Origin: the human T2T-CHM13v2.0 reference genome, Homo sapiens
Assembly: GCF_009914755.1 (NCBI RefSeq)
Contig: NC_060928.1
Strand: one strand, 5' to 3'
Length of the DNA: 64,000 bases
The notes beneath the pieces are model-generated. The model searched no databases and was not told where the DNA came from. It saw only the letters and a program-made list of their open reading frames with translations. Below, piece by piece: positions 1-14,219 of the stretch. The position numbers were made by a program, and so were the translations under genes. Within the stretch, counting starts at the first letter, position 1; each line of letters begins with the position of its first letter.

Positions 1-169
1 TGATAAAAGATACATGCTACTTAAGTTATGTGCTGTAAGGACAAAGGCTATAGTTAATTTATTCTCCCATAGAAATTTAGTTTCTGAGTTCTCACATTTT
101 AAAAAATCCAATAAGCATCTTGGGGTTAAGGACTGATGTTATTTCCGTGTACTTTGCCAAAGCCAAAAG

Positions 170-520
170 CTGTCAACAAATATTTTTTGGTCCTTACTGA
201 CAGACTCTGTGTTATGTGCTGTGAGTCTGGAGATAAGGGAAGAAGCATTTTACCTCACTGAGCTCAGAGCATATTCAGGTTACTGAATAATTATGCACCA
301 CCTGGTAGGTCTTCTGATACAGCATGTGATGGAGGCACACAGGGAGGCCCCTCACCGAATAACCATGCTCAGACCAGGCTTTCTGAAGGATATAGTTTTA
401 AACATGGGCAGATGTTCCAGCATTGGAGGGGAACAAAGATGCTATTTCAGGCAGTGGCAGCGTCGCAAAGTACAATAGGCAATGTTCAAGCATATAGGAA
501 AAGAGAAATATTAAAAATTG
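170..520 (-). mobile_element. L2 LINE 3' fragment (ancient)
   Basis: tcaacaaatatttt...gtgttatgtgctg...ggagataagg resembles the reverse complement of the L2 3' end; highly diverged, boundaries approximate. Confidence 0.55.
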
Positions 521-1022
521 CTTAGAAGGACTTGAGTATAGGCAATGTGTTCACATGACACAATGATAGCTAGAGTGACAACCAAACCTTGCTTCTTTTT
601 ATAAACCTTTTTGCAAAATCTGAAAGTAAAGAATCTTGCAAGAGGCTCAAAAGTAGCCATTGTAAGAGTTTATAGCATAACTTTAAAATTATTTATTACA
701 CATGAATTATTGGGTGATGTTTTGTAGAATAGTATCCTAAAACTTAGAGGGGTAATGAAACAATTTGCCATCCCAGCCACTCTGCTGGACATGTATTTAG
801 AAAAATCATCTAGATTTGAGTCTATATTATGATATTTAATTTTTCAAGCCAAATTACTCAATAGAAGATATAAAGTTTATATATTTTTTCCTATTCTCAG
901 CTTACTGCTCCTAATACAAATGAATAATCCCTTGCTATATTCAGGTGGTTTTTTGTAAATAATATTTAGCATATTCTGTCAGTTTGGGTAGATATATAAT
1001 TTTTAAAATTAATTTTATTTAT

Positions 1023-1376
1023 GGATATTGTTTGGTTGTGTCCCTGCCAAAATCTCATCTTGAATTTCAATCTGCTGTGGGAGGGACCCAGTGGGTGGTA
1101 ACTGAATCATGGGGGCAGGTCTTTCCTGTGCTGTTCTTGTCATAGAGAATAAGTCTCACGAGATCTGATGGTTCTATAAGGGGGAGTTTCCCTACACAAG
1201 CTCTCTCTTTGCCTGCTGCCATCCATATAAGATGTGAATTGCTCCTCCTTGCCTTCTGCCATGATTGTGAGACTGCCTCAGCCATGTGGAACTGTAAGTC
1301 CATTAAACCTCTTCCTTTTGTAAATTGTCCAGTCTTAGGTATGTCTTTGTCAGCAGCATGAAAACAGACTAATACA
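1023..1376 (+). mobile_element. THE1B-like solo LTR (ERVL-MaLR)
   Basis: Starts ggatattgtttggttgtgtccc and ends cagactaataca like THE1 LTRs; exact 5-bp TSD TTTAT at 1018-1022 and 1377-1381. Confidence 0.92.
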
Positions 1377-2428
1377 TTTATCAAGAGCTCTGAATAAACA
1401 TTTCCAGGTTTCTGTTAATCTGTTATACAGTGATCAAGCATAGTCATATTCCCTATAGACAAAATGCTTTCATCTATTCTAATTAACAGTCTGAACCTCT
1501 AGCATTCCCTAAATGGAAACCTAGAAAGAAAATGGTTCCCTAAGGAATTACCATATGGCAAGGGCCATAAGGGCAACTCTACTTATAATTTTTTCAGCCT
1601 TAAGTTCCTCTGCCATTTCTTCCACAATAGTTTGTGTTTTTCTTTCTTTCTGAACATAGAAAATTCTTCAAAAATGTGCAGTCTCTATTCATTACCCCAG
1701 TCTTCATGTACAGTGAAAGGCATTCATGACTGACTTTCATGTAACAGCAAAGAACAGAAGGACATTTATTATCAACTTGTCAAAGAACATAGAGTTTTTC
1801 TTGTTTCAGGTGTTAATATTTTCTGTTACCAAGGCGTTCATCACTTAGACCTCTCATTCTCAGGTAAAGTAAACTTTGATGTACCTCATGAAGAACAAGG
1901 ATTGTCTGTTAGAGAAAACCTTGCTAATTAAAGTAAATGCAGAGGGTTTAAAAACTTTTGTGCATAAGATTATATGAGAAAATTATCTATGCTTAAAAAT
2001 TCCTGATAATTCCATGAAAAATTATGATTCTGTTGAACATGTATTTTGATACTATGCCCCTGACATGCTATGTATGCTTAGAATTATGTCAATGCCACAT
2101 CACTTATTATTCCAAATGATTCTTGAAAATTGATGTGGAATAGCTATAATGACTGTGGTTTGAGTCATTTCCTGGGTATTAATGAAAGAGTAGTGTTAAT
2201 GGCCCTCAACATTTTCACTTTTTGAGGTTATTTATTCCAGATAAGTGGTCTGTGGTAAAATCATTATTGATTAATTTGTATTTTTTCTTTAAGACTGCTC
2301 ATGTTTTCAGAATAAAGTGGTGTGCTTTGGAACCACAGGGGCTTCTATTTTCTACTGAGCATCGGAAACAGTAATTTTTAAAGAAATTTTGTTCTGCTAA
2401 GTGTGACTGGAAGAAAGGGTCTACGTAG

Positions 2429-2856
<428 letters not shown>

Positions 2857-3394
2857 GGCAGAATTTATTTTATGTTACATACTACAGTCACTTACCTGCT
2901 TCATTTTGCACAGACTTATGTATGCTACCACATTTAAAAGTTTAATTTGACCAATTGCACTGCATGTTAGGACTATGCTATAATTTTTCTATTATTGTGG
3001 AAACAAAAATAGTACTCATAAATTTCTCATCATTCAGTTTCTCTTGGAAACATACAAACAACTATGTTGAGTTTGCAACTTAAGTCAGATTATCCTAAGT
3101 TTTAAAAATTTTCTTTGAAATTTTGTTACAAAAGTCTTCCAACATTGGGAAATATAAAATAATATATATTTTTGTTTGTAAATCATAATTAACTTACATC
3201 ACTTGAATTAAAAACAAATATAAAGAACACAATATTTGAAAACTTTACCCAATTACAATTAAGGAGCTGTGTTAGGAAGGTACCTGCCTTTGTATTTGAT
3301 TACCTTTGCTCCATTCATAAGAATACTAATATTAATGTTATGCTTATCATCATCAGTTACCTATGAGCCACACACTGTGCTAGGCATGTTATAT

Positions 3395-4158
3395 ACAGCA
3401 ATGCTGCAATGTGATTCTGATACTAACCACTCAGAGCTAGCGCAGACACTGTACAAGCACACAGTCCCCAGTAAGACTGCCTCGCTTTGGATGTCCACCA
3501 CAAATTTGGGAGTCCCTGGGCCACGCATTCTCTGATTAATTGTCTACAAATTCAGGGATTCCCACATCTCTCTCAGGTCTGGTAATTCACTAAAATGACT
3601 CATAGAATTCAGGAAAATGCTCTACTAACAATTACTTTTTTTTTTTAAATAAAAGTTCAAATCAGGACTAGTCAAACGAAGACACACATAGGGAGGAGTC
3701 TGGGAGGGTTTCACATGTAGAGCTTCTGTACCCTTACATTGTAGAATCAGGTGCAGCACCCATTGGCATCCTTCTAGCACATTGATGTTTTCACCAACCA
3801 GGAAGAGCCACCGAACTTTGGTATCCAGAATTTTTATTGATGTTTCATTATGTAAGCATGATTGATTGTATCATTGGTCACAGGCTTTAATTTAATCTTC
3901 AGCTTGTCTCATCTTCCTGAAGGTGATCAGGGAGATATCACTTCGCTCAAATCCTCAATCCTCTCATTACAAAGTTGGTCTTTCTGGGGTGATCAGCTCT
4001 CATCCTGAGTCCTCTATTATCATAACCATTCATGCTTGACGGTCCCACCATGAATAACAAAGACACTACTATCACTTGAGAAATTCCAAAGACTTAGTTT
4101 AGTGGTCATCTACCAGGAATCAGGGGCAAAGATTAGACAAATTATTTATTATATAACA
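3395..4158 (-). mobile_element. MER21-family LTR
   Basis: ctatcacttgagaaattccaaag...ccaggaatcaggggcaaag...ttattatataaca and attctgatactaacc...gcgcagac match the reverse complement of the MER21 termini. Confidence 0.8.
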
Positions 4159-4912
4159 TATACATTATATATGTTCTTTAATTATAGTGATCTTCAAGGT
4201 GTGCATTTTAATAAAGATTTTGTAGGCATAAAATTGAGCCTTAGAAGCACAAGTCCTAGGCATATAAATCACATCACCGGTAGTATTGAAGTCAGGATTC
4301 AAACCCAGATCTGCTTTATTTTAGTGTCCATTTATCCAGGATTTCATCTCTGTCCTTCTTGGTACCACAATTCAGTATCTTAGCTTGGTATTTTTCTACA
4401 ACATAGGCTTAAAGAGATGAAACCTCTTGCCTAATATCATCCAGTGAAGAAGTGCTAGTGCTGAAATTCGAACCCACATTCCTCTTAGCACAGTGATGGT
4501 ACTCATAGCTGCTCTATAAGGAAGAAAAAACAGCAGATCACAAAAGATGAAAATCCCATACAGCCCTGGAAGAACTTTTCCAGTAATAAAGGACATTTTG
4601 ACATTACAGATATCATTCTCATTCTCACTAATGAGAAATGTCAGATATACATATTTTCCCATTTCCTGGAAACTGTAGTTAAAAAAAGAAACACTCTTAA
4701 AAGCTGTAAAATAATTGTTCTTAAAAACTTGTGGATTCCTAGACAAAAACTAAAAGAAAAAAAAATGCAGATTATGTGTCTCTTCATCCCAGTATTCTTC
4801 CCATTAACATCTATTCTGGTACCCAAAGGTGACAAAGAAGTCCTTATATCAGCCTCATATGCATAGTATATAGGTATTGTTCTTATTTCGGTGTATTGTT
4901 TTAAAGTGGCAC

Positions 4913-5627
4913 AGTTCGCAACAGCGAATCCATACAGGTCTGCAGCAGCCTCAATCCTTGCCTCCTCAGTAGAAAGAATTTGAATGAGGGACATAAGGCA
5001 GAGTGAGAGACCAAGGCAAGCTTTAGAGCAGGAGTGAACATTTCATAAGAAAGCTTTGAAGCAGGAATGAAAGGAAGTAAAGTACACTCGGAAGAGGGGC
5101 AAATGGATAACTTGAGAGACTCTAGTGCATGGTTTGACCTTTGACTTACGGTTTTATATGTTGGCATGTTTCCGGGGTGTTGCATTCCTTCTCCCCTTTT
5201 TCTTCCCCACTGATTTTTCCTTGGGTTGGGCTGTCCGCACGTGCAGTGGCCTGCCAGCACTTGGGAGGGGCCACATGCACAGTGTGTTTACGGAAGTTGT
5301 GCGCATGCTCACTTGAGGCGTTTTTCCCTTATCAGTCGGATGTTTGCAGAGGAAGGTCAAATACTAGTTAAGCGCCATCATTTTGCCTTTTAGGGTGCCT
5401 GCTTGAACGCACTTACCCAACCTCTGAGATCTTATTCGGAAGCAGCTGTTTACCAGTTTCAGGTGTTTTTGTCTATTTGGAGACCGCCTTTCCCTCGCTC
5501 CAGCTGTGACCAATTAATATTTTAGACAGCCAGCTTAACAACTGTTTGGCCATCACCAGATATTCCTGGTGGTGGCCGAGGGCTCTCTCCTGCCCTGCTC
5601 ATGTCTGACTAACTACCTCCTGTAACA
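4913..5627 (-). mobile_element. MER50 solo LTR (ERV1)
   Basis: Minus strand begins tgttacaggaggtagttagtcagacatgagcagggcaggagag; 4-bp TSD gcac/gtac at 4909-4912 and 5628-5631. Confidence 0.85.
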
Positions 5628-6506
5628 GTACAGATCCTGATCTGGGAACGAAGTTGAGGAATTAATGGCAGAATTAAGGGTGAAATTTAGAAAAGTATAG
5701 GCCAATAAATTATTAAACCTGTATTTCCAGATATCTTACTGAGATTCACATATTCATGTATTTCTTGTTTGATGTCTTTTATTTCTTTTTTATTGCAAAG
5801 TAGCTGCAAATTTTCTTTTCTTTCTCCTTATTTCTTTTTACCTCGTATAAATAACTGCAAAAGGTCCTACTGCTAATCCACAATAGTCAGCTAAATACAC
5901 ACCTGCATACAGAAGAAAGATTTATACAATTGGCGCCCACATGATTCAATGCTGTACAAAGGTGTATTCAATGCAACACGGTTCAGCAAACAATAGCAAT
6001 GAATATTTATTCAAAATTTTATCAACATCTGTGACACATTTTTCAAAGAGTAGGCCATGTGTTCCTAATACATTGAAGTATATTTTAAATCATTGTTTTT
6101 GCTCCAGTCACTATAAATAACCTTCATATGAACGGCAGATACTTCCTCAAACTTCTCTCTTTGCTTCTTTCCTCTCACTCCAGGAAATCCCAGTCATTTG
6201 GCCTTTGTTCTTTCTTCCTTTCCTTCTTATGTTGTTCATTTCTCTCTTTAATCCCCTGAAGGAAATCTGGGCCATTCTAAAGCAAATAATTTGTTTAGTT
6301 CTGTTCCTATCTATTGCTCAGATCTGCTTCCAAATACTAAGGAAAGGTTCTGGCAGAAAATACTGTATTTGCAGGTGAGTAAGAAGTCAGGTTTCTAAAT
6401 TTTGTCTCAACCCACAGTGAATATTCAAACCCACACTTTAAAAATTTAGAAAGAAAAAAACAACAACTGTACATGTGAATAGAGTGCCTTAATGAAAGAA
6501 AAAAGT

Positions 6507-6648
6507 GTTTGTCTTTGTTTTGTTTTGCTTTTTGGAAAAGAGTATCACTCTGTTGCCCAGATTGGTCTTGAATTCCTGGACATAAGTGATCCTCCAGCCA
6601 TGACCTCCCAAAGTGCTGAGGTGACAGGTATGAGCCACCATGCCCATC
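6507..6648 (-). mobile_element. FLAM/AluJ left monomer
   Basis: Single Alu arm (cctcccaaagtgctg...gagccaccatgccc) with T-rich tail. Confidence 0.85.
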
Positions 6649-8639
6649 ACTTTCCCAATTTTTAAAATAATGAATTGATTTAGATTAATTTTTCTCATTG
6701 ATTCCTCTTGAGTATGAAGATAGCTTTATGAAAAATCTTGCCTCTCGTTAATCTATGATATTCTGATGTTTCTGGAAATTCTAGATTTTTCACAACAGAA
6801 AACAGAAGGATGGTCAAGGTAAGAGCACTCATGAAATTAGTCAAAATCATCCCTTTATAAAATTTAGTGAGATCTTTGAATGTTAACATTGCCTCCATCT
6901 GCATGTACAGTGTAATTATACCATTAACATACACAGTTTTATTCTAATGAGATCAGTGTTCTATAGAATTGATACAAAAAGGCAGTGAGTGAAAACAATG
7001 TCTTCCAGGATCCAGAAGGTACTCCAATTGAGAAACATTTAAAGGAGGCATAGAAAAACATGACATATTCTTGTGATAAAACCATGTGAAAAACATGCTT
7101 ATGCTTTGTTACATTTTGTCAAATTAATCTTTTCATTTTACAATCAGATTTGGGAACTTCCCAACACTTTCAAGATATAAAAAGGCATAACAATTATTAC
7201 CCTTTTTACATGCTGTACTCATTTGGCATTAATAACTGCAATTGTTTTATTTTATGCAGTCTTCCATACAAATTATCTCAATCCACTTTATCGCCTGAAA
7301 TATTTTGAAGAAAAGATTTACTTAATAAAATAGCATACTACAGAATAAAAATAAGTTTGGAAAATATATTCACAGGCCTTTAATTATTTAATACATGTGT
7401 TTCATTGTTCAAGAAAACAATAAAATAAGGGAAACAAAAATTGGTAATTTTTGTGACATTAATCTCTTGACATAAGATAGTAAAATGACTTAATAATATG
7501 CTACGTTTTGTCACCCTGAACTTCTCTTTAAAATGAGAACACCCTATTATAAATTTATTTTTAAAATGCTACAAGAATTTTTGGGAAATTGTGTGACTAC
7601 TCCTATTCAGTTTTAAACTGTCACAAAGCCAGACATAAATCTGTTCATGCATTATACACATGGGACTTGTAGTGTCTTGTCTTCACACATTTACTTGGCT
7701 ATTGGTTTCTTTGTTAAAATGTCTTCCTTCATCTCTTCCTAACAAAAGTATATTTATTCATCAAGGTTCAGGCTTACTTACTTCTTATATGGTTTAATCT
7801 TACTATGTCTAATAAAGATTAATCTTTCTTTGTTGACATGTCTTTATATCATAAGCATGTTAATTCTTTACAAAAATATTTCTAAATATTATTTAATTCA
7901 AATACTTTTTTGTATTTTTTTATTGTCAATGTGTTAGAATGAGTGGAAAATGGAAAATAATTCAACAATCTTATGAAAGAATGAACATTGTAAGTAATCT
8001 TCAAAAAAATTAATAAGTTGTACTTTACCATACTGGAAAAAAAAGAAAAACTGCTATAAGTTTACAATGATCAGGGCATTTTGGGATTGGCACAGAAATA
8101 TACAAATATATCAGCTGTTGCGACTACCACAAGCAAGATGGCAATGCATATTACACCCAATACCTGTCTTAGTTCCTGTATTCTACATCTCTGTTTGTGA
8201 TTGTGATGCTACACAGAGAGGTGTTTTGTATTAGAGAGAGGAGTTTTGTGGAGAATTCAACATTAAATGACTCTGATTTTTTTACAAGTTATGTGCCAAA
8301 TGATAATTTTTCCTCAGATACTGAAGGGGAACTGAGGCTCAAGGAACCTCAACAACTAGGAAGAAGCAGATGAGGGATTTAGAGCTGTTGGGTCTGCCTA
8401 ACTCTGACACCAATATTACTCTCCATCAATCACATTTTCTTCTTTTAGTTTTTCTTTTTCTTTTTTATTTTAAACTAGATCAAGACCAAGTCCCCTTCTC
8501 CTCACTTTTGAAAATAACTTCCTATTTAATATTTAAATTTATTTTCACATAATAGGTACTTTTATATTAATGTATAAATACGATTATCTTTTCCTGTATA
8601 ACATACTTCCAAATCAGTAGCTTAAAAAATCCTAATTCT

Positions 8640-8931
<292 letters not shown>

Positions 8932-9320
8932 TTATGTGGATTGACTGGCTTTAGCTGATTAGTTCTCATCGAAATCTCTCATGTGCTGAATCAGATGGTT
9001 TCCTGGGCTGGAATCGTCTCTAGGTGCAACTGGCCTGAATGTCCAAGGTAGCTCGCTTATATAAATGACAGTTAATGTTGCCTGTAAGCTGGTAATTTAG
9101 CCAGGGCTGTTGACCAGAATGTCCACACAGCCTTTCCGTGTGGCCTGCTCTACTTATTACAGTTGGTGGCCATATTTTGAGAAGTGGAATCCAGAGAATG
9201 AGTGTCCAAGAGTCCCAGCAAGAAACTGCAAGATCTCCTGTGAATTGGCCTTGAAAGTCCCAGAATGCTACTCCATAGGATGCTATAGGTTATATAGGAT
9301 AGGCAAGTCACTAAGGCTAG

Positions 9321-9638
<318 letters not shown>

Positions 9639-9799
9639 GGCTAGCCCAGTTTTAAGGGATGAGGACCACGCATTTGAAAGTAGTGGGAGGCATGGTTCAT
9701 TAGGAGGACATCTTGGGGAACTAACTATCATAATTACAAATATGTTGTCTTTTGTAATTTAGTCTTTGTTGTTTTCATTTTTGTTTACCTTTTATTCTT

Positions 9800-10271
9800 T
9801 TTTTCCCACCCATGTCAGTCTCAGCTCCCTTTACCTAACTAACCTGTATTATCAGTCTCATATATATTCCTTCATGTTTTTCCACACTTCATGATCATAA
9901 AACTGTGTATATTTCACACACACATGAAGACACACATTCAATGTTTTATTTTATATTTGAAATTAAATGGTGTAGGTAATAGTACACATCTACCTTTTCT
10001 ACACCTAGTTTTTCAATTGAATTTTATCTTACAGCAATCTCTCTGAGTCTTCTCCAGTTTTAATAGACGCATCATATTCCATGGTATTTATGTGCTTTAC
10101 TTTACCAAGTTCAATTATAGACATTTATTTTGTTTCCATTGTGGCCAATATTAATAACTTAATAAACATCTTAGTTATATTATTTCATAATTTTTGTAAA
10201 GAATAGATTCCTAAGAATGTGTACTGTGTGAAGGGCATTTCTCTATCTTTTTATCTTTCTATCATCTGTCA

Positions 10272-10323
<52 letters not shown>

Positions 10324-10497
10324 CTTAAATTTAAAATATATTGCCACAGTGTTTTCCAAGAAGTCTATGATGATTCTCATTTTGATTAACTGAGTAAAAG
10401 TGTATCCTTTTTTGTCATAGTTTTTAATGTTTTGTCATCCTGAAGGGTGTAAAATGATATTTCACTGTTATTTTAATTTGCATTTACCTCACTACCA
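9800..10497 (-). mobile_element. Old L1M 3' fragments
   Basis: catattccatggta, gaatagattcctaagaatg and aaatgatatttcactgttattttaatttgcatt resemble the L1M ORF2 end/3'UTR on the minus strand. Confidence 0.55.
10274..10320. repeat. (TA)n microsatellite
   Basis: About 23 uninterrupted TA units. Confidence 0.98.
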
Positions 10498-10692
10498 TAC
10501 ATTACTCCTACAAAAAAAAGGGTGGATACAGAAGGACTTCCAGGAAGGAACAGTTTGGCTGACCTGGAATTTCTGGCTCTGGATAGCTTACTTTTTCTGA
10601 AAGGAACATAAGCTTTACTTGAGATCAAATAACTAGGCAGGTCACATACCTCAATTTAATGCCAGCCTTGAACTTTTTACTTCCAGATTACC

Positions 10693-10810
10693 TTCCCCCC
10701 TCTCCCTCCAAGTCTTCTTCCCTCCCTTCCCCTCCCCTCCCCTCCTCTCCCCTCGTCTCCTCTCTTCTCCTTTGCTTTTCCTATTTGTTCCTTTTCTCAT
10801 TTCTTCTTTT
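10693..10810. repeat. CT-rich low-complexity tract
   Basis: (CCCCT/CCTCT)n-like polypyrimidine run. Confidence 0.8.
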
Positions 10811-11039
10811 GGCCTCACACTTTCTCACTCCCATGTCCTCTTTTTTTTCTGTCTCGTTATATGGAATTTGTCATTCCTATCTTCACATAAAAAAAAAAAA
10901 ACAGAGTAGTACTTACAAAGATTTTTACTGTGGAAATTTTGTAAGAAATTGAAACAACCTTTGAAAAAGACCATTATTTGGCCAATTCAATAAAAAACGC
11001 CAAGCCCTTGCTCATTTAGTCGAATTCCTTACTTCCTTA

Positions 11040-11385
11040 GCCAAACTCCCTTGCCACCGGAAGTGACCATTTGACATTTTTATGGCAATGAGATGCATGC
11101 CAAGGAAGCTTTGAGAAACTTTCCTCGTAAAAGAGAGGTGAGTCCAGTCTTCTTCCTTCGAATGTCAATGTGATGACAGCCTGGGAAGGCTTCCTGAAAC
11201 CTGAGGGAAAAGGCTGAGAATCATGGACACGCTATCACTGATATTATAGAGCCACTACACCAAGGCTGGCAAGTGTTTACCAGACACTTTTTGTTATAAG
11301 AAAAAAAAGAAAAACAACTCTTTTGGTTTAAAATACTATACTCGGGGTTTCTGCTTTACTGCTAAAGACGTTCCCATCTGATATC
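11040..11385 (+). mobile_element. MLT1 (I/J-like) LTR
   Basis: ctcccttgcc...tatggcaatgagatg...tgagggaaaaggctgagaatca...cccatctgata follows the MLT1 layout. Confidence 0.6.
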
Positions 11386-11869
11386 AACGTCAATGTCCAC
11401 TAATCGAGGCCCGATGAAAAATTATTCTATACTAGAATATAAGTAATAGAAGATGAAACTATAGGTATGGACATAGAAAGATGCCCACAATAAAGTTAAT
11501 TCAGCACACTACATGAATTAAGAGTTTACATAATTTGTAGATTAAAAATTAGAAAGGTGTTGAAGGATTACAAATGAATTGTTAACTGTGGTTGCTTCAG
11601 AGAAGGGGAGTGTAAGAGGCTGAGAGACGCGAGGCCTGGAGAGATGATTTTATTATTTAGTATATTTTGTTGTATTTTTTCCTTTTATAATGCACAGAAA
11701 TAAAAAGTAAATAATAAAGAAAAAAACCAAAGTGGCTTATAGAACTATTTAATATTTTATTTTCTGGGACAAATTAATATGAAAACATAAATTAGATTTT
11801 TTTTTAAAACCTGTAAGTCTTTTCCATCCTGGCAGTTTTCAATATTCTATAGTACTATGCAACATGAAG

Positions 11870-12050
11870 GGGTAGTGGTGTAGTAAGTGCTCTTAACTAG
11901 GAGACAGAAGACCTATTTTCCATTCCTGTCTCTGGGACCAACTTGTTTTCTAGACCTTGGGCTATTTCTGTTTATCTTTTTCTCATTTTATTCAAGTTTA
12001 AGACAAATAGGTTGCCTAAGGGTTTTTTCCCTTATCTAGTTCTGATATTC
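11870..12050 (+). mobile_element. MIR (MIR3-like) SINE
   Basis: gtggtgtag...taggagacagaagacct...gaccttgggc...tctagttctgatattc. Confidence 0.6.
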
Positions 12051-12469
12051 AATAAAGAGCCTGATAAGGGCAGAGGTATTTGACAGCACTCGCTTTGGAC
12101 TGCAGTATATTACAGATCCACACTCCATTGCCTGGGTTCATAAAAGACAAAGCTGCATGTTCAGCAATGTTTACCCATGTCTCTGGGATAAATGGCCTCT
12201 AGGGGATGCGGTGTCCCCAAACATCAGCCTTGAGCGGTGTACATCTCTATGGAGATATGCCCCAAAGTGGATTGATAACATCTGGACATTAAAGCACATT
12301 TTATCTTCGATTCTCAGAAAAAATCCTTGTCAATCTTTTGTCTCGTAAGTTGTTGTGAATAATATCTTGAAGAAACCTACCTGGGTTGTAGAGTTGCTGA
12401 AAATGATATATTATCTTTTTCTCCAGATTAAATTTTGAGTTTTAAGTTTGAGTTTTCTGACGAAGTACA

Positions 12470-12554
12470 GGTGGCTCACACCTGTAATCCCAGCACTTTG
12501 GGAGGCTGAGGCAGGAGGGTTGCGTGAGCAAGACTCTATCTCTAAAATAAAAAA
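12470..12554 (+). mobile_element. Alu/FLAM fragment with internal deletion
   Basis: Alu 5' part ggtggctcacacctgtaatcccagc...gtgagc joined directly to aagactctatctctaaaa. Confidence 0.85.
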
Positions 12555-14219
12555 GTCTGAATTTGTAATTTTGTTAAAACATATTATTATTGTTATTGTA
12601 AAATTATGGCTTCAAAAATGATGAGTAGATTTAAAACTTGAGCTAGTTCTTGGATTTTTGAAGCATTAAAAAATTATCTAGAGGAATTTCTAACACAAGA
12701 TTAGATTTCTTATTACAAAGAAGTCCCTGGTAATAAATATTGGAAATTTAATCAGATACTTTATAAGTTTTACAAAAACTTTAAATGTTGACATTCCCCA
12801 AACACTTTTAATTCTCAGACTGTTCCTTGTTTGGATTTTCCTGTGTCTAGCCCATATAATTTTATAATACAGATGAACATGAGAGAAGCAAAAATGTGTA
12901 TGTTCCATTCCCTTGACAAAAGTTTTTTTTTTCATAATAATTATTTAGAGTGAATATTTTTGGGAGGATAAATAAGCACAATTATACTTTTACTGTGCCT
13001 TGACAATTGTGTACATTCAAGGCCTGCCTTTCACCACTGCAGGCTGCATTTCCACAGGCTGATACAACAACCATCCTTTCCTGTGGAAGGTAGAATTGCA
13101 CCCTTCATAAACATTAGTGCATTGACATTTGATACTGGAAATTCCAGATTTGCTTAGGAGTTGAAAAGAACTCTTTTGTTTTCCTGATGGCTTCCAACGT
13201 CACTTTCCCACAAATCTCATAAATGTGAGTATTAAATCTATGCTACCCTCTCCCACAGTTTGGCTTTATTTTAAAATTTATATGTTAAAACATATGGTTA
13301 ATCATTTCATAGCAAATTACTTATTGCAATTTACTGATACTGGAGAAAGTAAAAGAGACTATATATCACTGTGCAGATCATTAAGAGAAAAGGAGCTTAT
13401 TTTCAAGATCAGGTCAAATATTGATAATATTACCATGGAAATATGGCCTAGGTGGTAAATTAAAGACTTATAAATCAATGGTTTAAACATATTTTATAGA
13501 TTTTCTTGATCAATAAAAAATGATTTGTATAAATATTTAAATTTAATTTAGTGTTCTGCATTTGCACAAGCATGAAAAACATCACAATAAGCTTTAATTT
13601 CCTGTAAACAATTTTACCTTTATTTAACACATTCTTACTGAAACAATAATTCTTGAACTCTTCTAAATAGTAGTTAATGTCTGATGCATTGTTAAAAATG
13701 TAATGGAATTTTAATCTTCAATATTGATTTGGGGGCAATGGAACTTCCTAGAAATTTAAAATTTAATTGACCTTAACAATTACAAAGTTCATAATATAGT
13801 TAAAATAATATATATGGTATAGGTGCTATGAATTGGATTGTCATAAAATTATTAATATGTTAACCATCTACAGAAGATTTGTTTGTATTTAAAAGTCTAT
13901 AAAATTGAGAATACCAATTTTGTTTATTAAATGCTTCCTCATTCTTATAAATAAGGTTTAAATAAATATATGTATTTAATATATAGTGTATGATATATGT
14001 ACATATATTTAATTCATAAATGTTAAATATAATCAGTATGATGAAATTGAATTAAAATCTGAAAATTATAAATGAGACATGCAGGTCAGTAGTACTATAC
14101 TTTACTAACATTAAAGCAGATATTTGCTTTTAATCTTCCCAGGACAAAAGTAAAGAAAAAATAAACAGGACCAATTATGTCAATCTCATAGTCTGTGAAA
14201 TATATACCTATACATATTA

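Noticed and set aside
5932-5945. tggcgccc primer-binding-site-like sequence
   Set aside because: Only 8 nt and not adjacent to an LTR end
12193-12210. CTCF-like tggcctctaggggatgc
   Set aside because: Mismatches at the key GGC core positions; too weak without data
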